64,000 nucleotides of DNA from a bacterium (GTDB lineage Bacteria > Eisenbacteria > RBG-16-71-46 > CAIMUX01), in assembly GCA_030431975.1 (NCBI GenBank), contig JAUIHP010000008.1, positions 44,318 to 108,317 on the forward strand. Direction: 5' to 3'. The translations under genes and the position numbers were made by a program. Within the stretch, counting starts at the first letter, position 1; each line of letters begins with the position of its first letter. Under the pieces are notes generated by a model. The model worked only from the letters and a program-made list of their open reading frames with translations, was not told the origin of the DNA and did no database searches. This document shows, piece after piece, positions 1 to 13,034 of the stretch.

Positions 1-1367
<1,367 letters not shown>

Positions 1368-1393
<26 letters not shown>

Positions 1394-3092
1394 TCTCGTG
1401 CGTCCTTTCTTCTTCCGTCTGAGGAATCTCGACGGCAATGCGGGCGCCCCCCTGGCTCTTGTTGCCAAGGATCAGTCGTCCGCCGTGTTGTTCCACGATC
1501 GAGTGAGAGAGATAGAGTCCGAGGCCGGTACCGTTGCCCTTCGTCGTGAAGAAGGGTTCAAAGGCGCGGCGCATTTGTTCTTCGCTGAGGCCGGGGCCTT
1601 CGTCCTCGACGATGAAGCGGAAGACCGGCGTCTCTTCCCAGACGAGGCTGACTTCCCCGCCGGAAGGACAGGCTTCGATGGCGTTTCGCACGAGGTTGAG
1701 CAGAACCTGCTCGATGCGTCCGCCGTCGCCCCAAATCTGCGCGCGATTCGGGCCGCCCACGGAAAGGCGAACTTCCTGTTCGCGAGCGAGCGGAAGCAAT
1801 CCGGTCCGAACCTTTTCCACGAGATCGGTGACCAGTAGCGGAGAGCGGTCCAGTGGACGGGGTTGCGTGTAGTCGAGAAGGTCCGCCACGATCGAGTTCA
1901 GTCGCTGCACTTCTCCCAGGACGTAACGAATGTCGCGTTGCTCGGGCGCCGCAGGCTCGAATGCTTTGGCCAGGTACTCGACGCCCGCGCCGATTCCCGC
2001 CAGGGGGTTGCGAATCTCGTGTGCGATTCCTGCGGCGAAGCGTCCCAATGCAGCCAGACGATCGAGGCGGTCGATCTCCTCTTCCATCTCACGAATCGGC
2101 GAGAGGTCGGTCAGGTTGACCACGATCCCACGGAACTGGGCGTCCTCATCACCAAGCATGGACACGGCAACGTTGAAGGGAACGCGACGATCTTCGATGG
2201 AGACCGAGATCTCCTTCGGCCCGGGCACCTGCTGCCGGTCGAGAATCCCCGAGAGGTGCTCGACTAGCGGACTTGCGTGATCTTGGTAGGCAGCAATCGA
2301 GGTTCCGCGGAGGTCGGCCGTCCTTCCTCCAAGCACCCGGACGGCGCCCGCATTGGCTTCGAGTACGTTTCCAGTCGCATCCAAGGCCAGGACGCCGTCC
2401 TGCATCGCCTCCAGGAGCTGCCGGCGAAAGTGAGCCGCACGATCCATCTCTTCGCGGTGCGAAAGCGTTTCGATCATGTCGGCGACGCGGCGGGCAATTT
2501 CCTGCGGGCTCCAGTCGGCGTCTTCCTCGTCGATGCCGCTCATGCAGAGATAGCCCAAGAGCGGATTGCGGCGGTCGGAGACGCCGGCGTGTTCCAGCGG
2601 AAGAACCCACCGATAACGGCTGGGATGTGTGCTGGCGGCGCCGGAATCACCCGGGCCTCGTCGGGCTTCCAGTTCGCCCGCATCTTCCGGAACCTGATGG
2701 CCGCTCCAGTCGATGCGGCCCAGGTTTTCCGCCCGTCCGTTCTCGCTGGCGTAGTAGGCTTGGTGTGCCGACTTTCCGCCACGAACGATCAGAACTTCCC
2801 CGACGGACAGGACACCACACAGGTAGTCGGCGAGCATGAGCAACGTCGTGTCGGAATCCCGGCCGCGGAGTAGCGCCCCCATCAGCTCGTGAAGGCTGGC
2901 GCGCACGATACGGTCTCTGAGGACACGACGCCGGAGTTGCTCCGCCGTTTCGACGACGCGCGAAAGCACTTCCGGCGCGCTCTCGTGGGTCAGCAGCGGA
3001 AGGTCGGCCAGCTCGGGAACGACCGAGCTCAGAGCCTCGACTTCAGACTGTACGGACTCCCACTCGTCAGAGCGGGCTTCGGCAGTGGACAT
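1368..3092 (-). CDS. soluble sensor histidine kinase (GAF-like N-terminus, PAS, HisKA, HATPase_c)
   Basis: 574-aa ORF. H-box FAAGIAHEIRNPL, N-box LLNLVRNAIEA, G-boxes EDEGPGL and GTGLGL, PAS-like LLEAMQDGVLALDATGNVLEAN. No hydrophobic segments. SD GGGAGAA lies 7 nt before the ATG. Confidence 0.9.
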
Positions 3093-3240
3093 GGGCGATT
3101 TCTCCCTGGCTGGGACGCATTTTTCCCATGTCTACTTGATCGAATGTTTGGACTCGGAACTTGAGGGTGGATTGACCCAGGGATGGGGAAAGTGACCCGA
3201 CGGCGAGACAACGGAACGCAAACGCCGGAACGTCGGAAGG

Positions 3241-3282
3241 CCAAAGGAAGGCGGCCGCCCCGAGCGTCGACTCGGAGCGGCC
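3241..3282 (-). terminator. hairpin downstream of clpB (possible intrinsic terminator)
   Basis: GGCCGCCCCGAG / CTCGGAGCGGCC 12-bp stem (one mismatch) with a 6-nt loop. On the minus strand it is followed by GCCTTCCTTTGG, which is only a weak T tract. Confidence 0.4.
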
Positions 3283-3362
3283 GTCTTGCTAGGTCGCCCA
3301 TAGATCTTCGATCCGCTGGATCTCTGATCACGGAACCTTGGATTCCCTGTGAACCGTGGTTC

Positions 3363-6020
<2,658 letters not shown>

Positions 6021-6070
6021 CTTCGACTCGATCTCCCAACTTGAGCCTGACTATGAATCGGCATCATGAA

Positions 6071-6187
6071 CCGGAACTACGATCCGGAACTACAAACCGG
6101 AACTACAAACCGGAACTACAAACCGGAACTACAAACCGGAACTACAATCCGGAGCTACAAACCGGAACTACGAACCGGAACTACGAA
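6071..6187. repeat. perfect-register tandem repeat, 13 bp x 9 (CCGGAACTACAAA), 51 bp upstream of the clpB start
   Basis: Read directly: units ccggaactacgat, ccggaactacaaa x4, ccggaactacaat, ccggagctacaaa, ccggaactacgaa x2. Confidence 0.97.
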
Positions 6188-6364
6188 CCGGCGCCCGTTG
6201 AACGGAAATGGCGGACGCCACGACGCGCCCGGACGGTGTTCTGTCGTCCGAGCGCACAGTAGGTTGGATGCCGAATGTTCTGAATCGGTGGGCGGAAGCG
6301 TGGAAAATTCTTCCGTGGGTCTGAGCCGGATCGAGCGCCGAAGAAAAGTCCGCGACGGATCGCC

Positions 6365-7414
6365 TTAGCGGAGGTGGGAGAAGAGAGACGCGTTTTCCTT
6401 CACCCAGGCCGTGATGCGCCGGACGCCTTCCTTGGGCGTAACCTCGGGGCTCCACCCCAGCTCTTTCTGAGCTTTCCGGATGTCGCTGATGTAGACCTTC
6501 TGGTCGCTCGGGCGCCAGGGACCCGTGGCCGGCTCGACACCATGGCCGAGTTCGTCCAACGCACCGAGCAGCTCGCGTAGCGAAAGGGTGAATTCCGAAC
6601 CGCCGCCCATGTTGTAGACGCCGTGCTTGGGTCCCCTCTCGAGAAAGGCCTCGTAGGCCCGGACGAGATCACCCGCCCAAAGGACGTCGCGCACCTGCTT
6701 GCCGTCGCCAAAGACCGTCAGTGGAGCACCGCGGAGCGCCGCGATGATGAACCAGGCCACCCAGCCCTGATCTTCCATGCCGAACTGATGCGTTCCGAAG
6801 ATGCAGGACATACGGAAGACACCGGAACGGATTCCGTAGAGATGAGCAAAGTCCTGTGCGTACAGGTCACCGGTCAGCTTGGAGCAGCCGTAGGGCGTGT
6901 GTTCGCAGAGGTCGACGCCGAACGTTTCGGGGATGCCGTGAGTGAAATCGCCGGTGAACTGGTAGCGGCTCTCCAGCTCTTCGATCGGAACCTGGTTGAC
7001 GTTCTCGCCATAGACCTTGTTCGTCGAGCAGTAGAGGAATGCCGCCTTCCCGCCGGTCTTACGGATGGCGTCCAGGACGTTGAAGGTCCCGAGTGCATTG
7101 ACGCTGAAGTCCGTTGCCGGGTCGACGGTCGAGGTGGTCACGGCTGTCTGGGCCGCGGCGTGCAGGACCGCGTCACATCCGTCAACGGCGTCATCGACGA
7201 TGGAACTCTCCCGTACATCTCCGCGGATCCGCTCGATGCGTGATTCGTCGCCGAGACGGTTCCAGTTGTAGTCGAAGTTCGGATCTTCCTTCTTCAGCAA
7301 CTGTCCGCGGGAGAGGTTGTCGAGAATGCGGACGTCCCAGCCTTTGGAGGCGAAGTGAAGCGCGGCGTGGGAACCGATGAAGCCTGCGCCGCCTGTGATG
7401 AGGATCTTGCTCAT
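6365..7414 (-). CDS. NAD-dependent sugar epimerase (extended SDR, CDP-paratose 2-epimerase-like)
   Basis: ITGGAGFIGS Rossmann motif, STNKVYG, YGCSKL (YxxxK), DQGWVAWF, GDGKQVRDVL. SD GGGAAAGG lies 5 nt before the ATG. Confidence 0.8.
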   Translation of the reverse strand: MSKILITGGAGFIGSHAALHFASKGWDVRILDNLSRGQLLKKEDPNFDYNWNRLGDESRIERIRGDVRESSIVDDAVDGCDAVLHAAAQTAVTTSTVDPATDFSVNALGTFNVLDAIRKTGGKAAFLYCSTNKVYGENVNQVPIEELESRYQFTGDFTHGIPETFGVDLCEHTPYGCSKLTGDLYAQDFAHLYGIRSGVFRMSCIFGTHQFGMEDQGWVAWFIIAALRGAPLTVFGDGKQVRDVLWAGDLVRAYEAFLERGPKHGVYNMGGGSEFTLSLRELLGALDELGHGVEPATGPWRPSDQKVYISDIRKAQKELGWSPEVTPKEGVRRITAWVKENASLFSHLR

Positions 7415-7470
7415 GATGACCTTTCCCGCCGCCTTCCGTACGCGGCTGATCGGTCATCGTAGCCGGGATC

Positions 7471-8484
7471 TCACGGAGTGGAAACCGTATCCTTCGATGG
7501 ACCCGCCCAGCGCCCGCGGTCCGGGCGGAGCGGGATCTCCAGACCAAACTGGTGGAGATCGCCGAGCTCCGCCTCGCTTCGGAAGGCGTAGGCCACGCGG
7601 ACGCCGGCGTGCTCGGCGCGCAGTCCCGCGGACCAGTCGAAGTCACTTTCCACTCCGCCGGAGCTGGCGGCGATTCCGCCGAGAAGCGAGAGCCAGGGGC
7701 GCGTCCGGAGTTCCGTACCCAGATGGAAGAGACTCTCGTCGGCTCCCAGTTCCGCTCCGACACCCACGCGGAAGGCCGGCAGGACCCATCCTTCGACGTC
7801 GCCGCGCACGCGGGTCGGAAGGTCCCATTCTCCGCTGGCTGTACCGGTCTCGGATTCAAAGGACGCGACCTGGACGTCGGTGACGGCGGCGCCAACGGCC
7901 CACTGTCCGTCCGACCAGCGCAGGCCGGCCGAGCCGCCCAGTGCGCCGATCGGGGACGTCGGGTCTTCCAGGCGGAAGTAACGGGAGCCCAGCCCCAACG
8001 TGAGCCCATGGCCGAGGTGGGCTCCCAAGGAGAGGCCGAGGCTCCACTCCGAAACGCTGAAGGCGCCGGTCGAAATCCCGGCTTCGTCGTAGCCGGGCAG
8101 GCTGGGCCCGTGAGCGAAGCCGAGATTGGCCCCGAATCCGAAGCGGCTGGTCAGGGGCGTGGCGACCGAGGCCCACTCGCGCGAAAGATCGCCGGCCCAC
8201 GAGAGGTGGCTGAAGGACGCGGTGGGGCGCTGAAAGCCTGCGGCCAGAGCGGGATTGTTGACGTCGGATCCGGACCGGATGTCGGTGGCTGCGAAGCCAC
8301 CCTGGGTCGCCTGCTCGTAGGGATCCAGTGCGAGATTTCGGGTTCCGAAGGTCTCGGCCGCTTCCGTGTCCACGGGAGCCGAGAGGAGAAAACAAGAGGC
8401 GGTGGCACCCGCGAAGACCTGGAAGAAAGTGCCCGTGGCTGCGGCGAGGGATCGGGGCGGGGATTTCCAGGTTCTTTGTGACAT
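7471..8484 (-). CDS. outer-membrane beta-barrel protein, PorV/PorQ-like (tentative)
   Basis: Signal peptide, then GGFAATDIRSGSDVNNPALAAG resembling the PorV/PorQ N-terminal motif. The remainder shows alternating G/A/S-hydrophobic beta-strand patterns. Confidence 0.5.
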   Translation of the reverse strand: MSQRTWKSPPRSLAAATGTFFQVFAGATASCFLLSAPVDTEAAETFGTRNLALDPYEQATQGGFAATDIRSGSDVNNPALAAGFQRPTASFSHLSWAGDLSREWASVATPLTSRFGFGANLGFAHGPSLPGYDEAGISTGAFSVSEWSLGLSLGAHLGHGLTLGLGSRYFRLEDPTSPIGALGGSAGLRWSDGQWAVGAAVTDVQVASFESETGTASGEWDLPTRVRGDVEGWVLPAFRVGVGAELGADESLFHLGTELRTRPWLSLLGGIAASSGGVESDFDWSAGLRAEHAGVRVAYAFRSEAELGDLHQFGLEIPLRPDRGRWAGPSKDTVSTP

Positions 8485-8828
8485 ACCGTACCTGTAGTCA
8501 GGACCGTGCCAAGGTCGGTCCAGTTGCGCCCCGTTCGTAGACTACAGCAATGTAAGCTTTTCCGACACTCGGGATTCGGGCTGAACCAACGCCGCGCCCA
8601 CAGACGGTGGGATTCGCACGGTCGGCGATGCAAGATGCCGACCGGGTGGACGCCATCGCGAAAGGGTTTGGCGATCTTTGGCCCTAGGGGAAAACCCCTA
8701 ACGCACGGGCGTGCGAAGCGCAGTTTCGGACATGAAGATCGCAAACGGACCTGGTCAGGATCCAGCCGCCTCCCTCTCCCGAAAGGGCGGCGGCTTCAAC
8801 CCCGATAGCGCTCCCCAGAAGGACGACG

Positions 8829-8860
8829 AAAAAACGGCCCCGCCGAGAAGGCGAGGCCGT
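8829..8860 (-). terminator. rho-independent terminator after the aminotransferase gene
   Basis: The minus strand reads ACGGCCTCGCC-TTCT-CGGCGGGGCCGT followed by TTTTTT, about 30 nt after the stop at 8889. Confidence 0.75.
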
Positions 8861-8888
8861 CATCGGGTTCGGCTCGTACTTTCGAGGG

Positions 8889-10004
8889 CTACTGCTTGGC
8901 GACCCATCCTTTGATCGTCTCGATGACGTAGCCCTGCTGATCTGGCGTCATCTCCGGGAAGATCGGGATGGAGAGAGCTTCCTTGGCCGCGTTCTCCGAC
9001 ACCGGGTGGTCTCCTTCCATCCCTTCCAGACACTGGAAGGCCGGAAGCAGGTGGAGCGGGTAGGGATAGTAGACCTCGCTGCCGATCCCGTGTTCCTTGA
9101 GGTGTTCGCGCAGAGCGTCACGTTCGCCCTTCTGGACCCGGATCGTGTACTGGTTGTAGACGTGATCGCCTTCGACCGTCTTCTTCGGGCACACGATGCC
9201 GTCGATTGGGCCCAGGGCCTCGTCGTAGTTCCGAGCGTTGGTCTGACGAGCTTTGGCCCAATCACTCAGATGCTCGAGCTTGATCATGAGGATGGCGGCC
9301 TGAATGGCATCGAGACGGCTGTTGAAACCGACTTCCTCGTTGTAGTACTTCGTTCGCGCGCCGTGAACCCGGAGCATGCGGAGGTTGGACTCGATCTCCT
9401 CGCTGCTCGTCGTGATCATTCCGCCGTCGCCGTTTCCACCGAGGTTCTTCGTCGGATAGAAAGAGAAGCAGGCGGTATCGCCGAGGGATCCGATCCGACG
9501 GCCTTTGTAGGTCGAACCAATGGACTGGGCGGCGTCTTCGATGACGGCGATGCCGCGGCTCTTGCAAAGATCGAGAATCGGATCCATCTCCGCGGACTGA
9601 CCGAAGAGGTGCACCGGCATCACGGCTTTGGTCTTGTCCGTGATGGCTCTTTCGAGAGCGGCGGGACTCATGTTGAAGCTGTCCTCGTCGACGTCGACGA
9701 AAACAGGCACGGCGCGGGCGTTGACGATAGCGCCGGCCGAGGCGAAGAAGGTGAAGGTCGGGCAGATGACTTCATCACCCGGCTGCAGGTGAAGCGCGCG
9801 GATGGAGAGCAGCAACGCGTCCGTTCCCGAGGCACAACCGATGGCGGCGTTGGCGCCGACCCGGTCGGCAATCATTCCTTCCAACTCTTTGACCTTGGGG
9901 CCGAGGATCCATGCACCCGAAGCCAGCGTTTCGTCCACTGCTTTCATGATCGGCTCGCGCAGAGCCTGATACTGTGCTTTGAGGTCTAGCAGGGGTACTT
10001 GCAT
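8889..10004 (-). CDS. DegT/DnrJ/EryC1/StrS-family PLP sugar aminotransferase (WbpE/PglE-like)
   Basis: MQVPLLDLKAQYQALREPI, GCASGTDALLLS, PTFTFFASAGAI. The second ATG (10004) has SD GAAGGA 9 nt upstream; the ORF-track start at 10013 is an alternative. Confidence 0.9.
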   Translation of the reverse strand: MQVPLLDLKAQYQALREPIMKAVDETLASGAWILGPKVKELEGMIADRVGANAAIGCASGTDALLLSIRALHLQPGDEVICPTFTFFASAGAIVNARAVPVFVDVDEDSFNMSPAALERAITDKTKAVMPVHLFGQSAEMDPILDLCKSRGIAVIEDAAQSIGSTYKGRRIGSLGDTACFSFYPTKNLGGNGDGGMITTSSEEIESNLRMLRVHGARTKYYNEEVGFNSRLDAIQAAILMIKLEHLSDWAKARQTNARNYDEALGPIDGIVCPKKTVEGDHVYNQYTIRVQKGERDALREHLKEHGIGSEVYYPYPLHLLPAFQCLEGMEGDHPVSENAAKEALSIPIFPEMTPDQQGYVIETIKGWVAKQ

Positions 10005-10106
10005 TTTGTTCATTCCTTCACGCGCTGCGCGCGGTTTTGATCCTCTCGATTCGGTCCTGTTTCCTGCGGCTTCCTGCGGTCCGCGTCGAAGTCCGGAGCG
10101 GTCGGG

Positions 10107-10916
10107 TTACTCCGGCCAATCCTGATTCTTCAGGAGTTGTTCTTCGGGCACGTCCCGAAACTTGCGGGCCGGGTTACCCAGAAAGATGACCCCGCTCGGC
10201 ACGTCTTTGGTCACAACCGATCCGGCGGCGACGACGCCGTCTTCTTCGATCGTCTTGCCCGGAAGGATGACCGAGCCGACGCCGATGCGTCCGCCCTTCT
10301 TCACCGTCACACCTTTGAAGTGCTTGAGGCGTTCTTCCGTCCGGCCAATGTAGTTGTCATTGGAGGTCGCCACCTGGGGCGCGACGAAGACGCGGTCTTC
10401 GATCGTCGAGTAGGCGGTGATGTAACTCTCCGTCTCGAGCTTGCAGTAGCGACCGACGGTGCAGTCGTTCTCGACGACAACTCCGCGACCGACGATGGTG
10501 AACTCCCCGATCTGAACCCTTTCCCGAAGCGAAGCCTGGTCCGCGACGAGGATGGCTCCGTCCAGGCGGCAACCCCGGTAGACGGTGGCGTGGGTTCCGA
10601 TGAGACAGCGGTCTCCGATGAAGGCTGGATCCAGTTGCTGGGTCGGCTTCAGGATGCTGTTCACCGCGCGAAGCGGCCACTTCCCGATGACGACGTGGTC
10701 GTCGATCCGGATCTCGTTTCCGATCTGTGAATCCGGGTGGATGACGACACCGTGCCCGATCTGGCAGTTGTTCCCGATGGTGACACCCTTGGACACCACG
10801 ACATGGTGGCCGACCTTGCAGTTGTCGCCGATGACGGCACCCGCTTCGATGATCGAACCGAGGCCGATCTCGGTACCTGCGCCGACCTTGGCTTCCGGGT
10901 CGATGACGGCTTGCAT
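10107..10916 (-). CDS. left-handed beta-helix (hexapeptide-repeat) acyltransferase, WbpD-like
   Basis: Repeated [LIV]G-x4 hexapeptides (IGLGSIIEAGAVIGDNCKVGHHVVV, IGNNCQIGHGVVI). Trimmed to internal ATG 10916 because the upstream 81 codons are Ser/Arg-rich and fall within the 85-bp gap to, and the 3-prime end of, the upstream gene (stop 11002). Confidence 0.85.
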   Translation of the reverse strand: MQAVIDPEAKVGAGTEIGLGSIIEAGAVIGDNCKVGHHVVVSKGVTIGNNCQIGHGVVIHPDSQIGNEIRIDDHVVIGKWPLRAVNSILKPTQQLDPAFIGDRCLIGTHATVYRGCRLDGAILVADQASLRERVQIGEFTIVGRGVVVENDCTVGRYCKLETESYITAYSTIEDRVFVAPQVATSNDNYIGRTEERLKHFKGVTVKKGGRIGVGSVILPGKTIEEDGVVAAGSVVTKDVPSGVIFLGNPARKFRDVPEEQLLKNQDWPE

Positions 10917-11001
10917 GAATCTCTGCTCTCTTTCTTGTCTGCTGAGAAGCCCTAACTCCTCGCCCGCTTCCGCGGTCGACGAGGAGTTCCCAATCAGCCT
11001 G

Positions 11002-12018
11002 CTAGGCGATGTCGACGGGTTCGCCGCCGCGTTCCAGGGAACGCTGTCCCGCTTCCAGAATCTTGACCACGGTGAGTCCGCTCTCCCCGTCGGTGCGCGG
11101 CCGTTTGCGGTCGCGAACGCAGTCGACGAAGTGTTGGCACTCGATCTTGAGCGGCTCACTCATCTTGATCTGCGGAATGGCGATCTCACCGAAACGGAGC
11201 GCCGGAGCCTGATCGTAGGAAACGAAGTCCGGAGTCTCGACGCCCTTGTCATAGACGCGAATCTTTTCGGACGGTTCCATGTCGTCGAAGACAGCCATCT
11301 TTTTGCTACCGACGAGAGTCGTCTTGCGAATCTTGTGCGGATCGAGCCAGCTTACATGGATATTGGCGACGCGTCCGCTGGGATAGCGAATATTGAGGAA
11401 GACGACGTCCTCGATCTTTTCCTGGACGTAAGCTCCCCCACGCGCGCTCACACTTTGCGGCTCCTCGTCGAAAAGCAAACCGACGACGGAAATGTCATGC
11501 GGCGCGAAACTCCACATGGAATTCTCGTCCTGCCGAATCGAACCGAGATTCAATCGCTGCGAGTAGATGTAGTGAAGGTCGCCGAGCTGCCCCTCATCCG
11601 TCAGTGTCTTCAGGTACTCGACGGCTGGGTGGTAGAGCAGAAGGTGTCCGACCATGACGACGCGATCTGTCTTCTTCGCCGCAGCCAGGATGGCAGAGCC
11701 TTCTTCGGAAGAGAGCGCCATCGGCTTCTCGAGAAAAACGTCCCTTCCGCTCTCCAGCGCCTGAATCCCGAGCGGTGCGTGCGTGACCGCCGACGAGGCG
11801 ATGACGACGGCGTCCAGATCCTTGCGTCCGAGCATTTCTTCGAAACTGTCCGTGACGAAAACGTCCGGATACTGATCCTTCGCGCCCTGCAGGAGCTTGG
11901 GATCGCGATCGCAGACGGCATCGAGACGACAGCTTGAAAGCGTGGCGAAGTTACGGAGGTGGTTCTTGCCCCAACGACCGATTCCGACGATTCCGATCGA
12001 AGGTACGTTGTCACTCAT
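11002..12018 (-). CDS. Gfo/Idh/MocA-family NAD-binding oxidoreductase (WbpB-like)
   Basis: IGIVGIGRWGKNH Rossmann motif and EKPMA motif. ATG 12018 forms an ATGA overlap with the upstream stop. Confidence 0.9.
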   Translation of the reverse strand: MSDNVPSIGIVGIGRWGKNHLRNFATLSSCRLDAVCDRDPKLLQGAKDQYPDVFVTDSFEEMLGRKDLDAVVIASSAVTHAPLGIQALESGRDVFLEKPMALSSEEGSAILAAAKKTDRVVMVGHLLLYHPAVEYLKTLTDEGQLGDLHYIYSQRLNLGSIRQDENSMWSFAPHDISVVGLLFDEEPQSVSARGGAYVQEKIEDVVFLNIRYPSGRVANIHVSWLDPHKIRKTTLVGSKKMAVFDDMEPSEKIRVYDKGVETPDFVSYDQAPALRFGEIAIPQIKMSEPLKIECQHFVDCVRDRKRPRTDGESGLTVVKILEAGQRSLERGGEPVDIA

Positions 12019-12992
12019 TGCAGCATCTCCTTGGACTCCTGGAACCAACCGACGGTCTTTTCCAGACCTTCGCGGAAGGTGACGCGGGGAGAGAACCCCA
12101 GCTCGGCCTTGGCGCGATCGATTCCCGCCTGCGAGTCTTTGACGTCGCCCTTGCGCGCGTCGCGGAACTCCGGATCGATCTGGGTACCGATGATGGACTG
12201 GAGCTGTTCGAGCAGCTCGAGCAGGGAAATCCGGTCACCGCAGGCTACGTTGTAGACGCCGCCGTCATGGCCCTTCCCGGTCAAAGCCAGGACGTTGGCG
12301 TCGACGACGTTGGCGATGAAGGTAAAGTCCCGCGTCTGCTTTCCGTCTCCGAAGACGGTCGGCCGTTCCCCGCGCAGGATGGCCCGCGCGAAAAGCGGAA
12401 TGACCGCCGCGTACTGCGAGTCCGGATTCTGACGCGGACCAAAGACGTTGAAGTAGCGCAGGGTCAGAGTCGGGAGACCGTAGAGCTCGCTGTAGAGCGT
12501 GCAGTAGGTCTCCCCCATCTGCTTGCTCAGCGCATACGGCGACTTCGGCGCCGGGCGCATCGATTCAACCTTGGGCAGTTCGGGCTGATCACCGTAGACA
12601 CTCGAAGAACCGGCAAAGACGAGGCGCCTTACCTTGCGGCGGCGCGCGGCCTCGAGGAGGTGAAGCGTTCCCGTCGTGTTCACTTCGTGTGTCGTGGTCG
12701 GCGATTGGATGGAGCGCTCGACACTGGGAAGCGCCGCCTGATGGACGACGTGGGTCACGTCCTCCATCGCGTCTTCCACAGCCTGTGCGTCCCGTAGGTC
12801 GCATTCGGCAACTTGCAGACGACTTGCGTCACCGCAACGGCGTCCGAGTTCCTCGACCGTACGACGGTTTCCCGTCGAGAAATTGTCGAGGATCCGGACG
12901 CGGTTACCGTCCATCAACAGTCGCTCTGCAATGTGTCCGCCGATGAAACCGGCACCGCCTGTCACGAGGATCCATTCGCTCTCTGAAATCAT
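12015..12992 (-). CDS. NAD-dependent nucleotide-sugar 4-epimerase (WbpP/TviC-like extended SDR)
   Basis: VTGGAGFIGGH, SSSVYG, YALSKQ (YxxxK), RYFNVFGPRQ, GDGKQTRDFT. Confidence 0.9.
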   Translation of the reverse strand: MISESEWILVTGGAGFIGGHIAERLLMDGNRVRILDNFSTGNRRTVEELGRRCGDASRLQVAECDLRDAQAVEDAMEDVTHVVHQAALPSVERSIQSPTTTHEVNTTGTLHLLEAARRRKVRRLVFAGSSSVYGDQPELPKVESMRPAPKSPYALSKQMGETYCTLYSELYGLPTLTLRYFNVFGPRQNPDSQYAAVIPLFARAILRGERPTVFGDGKQTRDFTFIANVVDANVLALTGKGHDGGVYNVACGDRISLLELLEQLQSIIGTQIDPEFRDARKGDVKDSQAGIDRAKAELGFSPRVTFREGLEKTVGWFQESKEMLQ

Positions 12993-13034
12993 CCGATTCT
13001 CCTTGGGACTTGTTAGCCTCAGGCTCCTCTCGAG

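Noticed and set aside
6041-6368. Plus-strand ORFs of 73 and 100 aa with NRNYKPELQTGTT repeats
   Set aside because: The 13-aa periodicity is simply the 13-bp DNA repeat read in all three frames. There is no SD and no coding bias.
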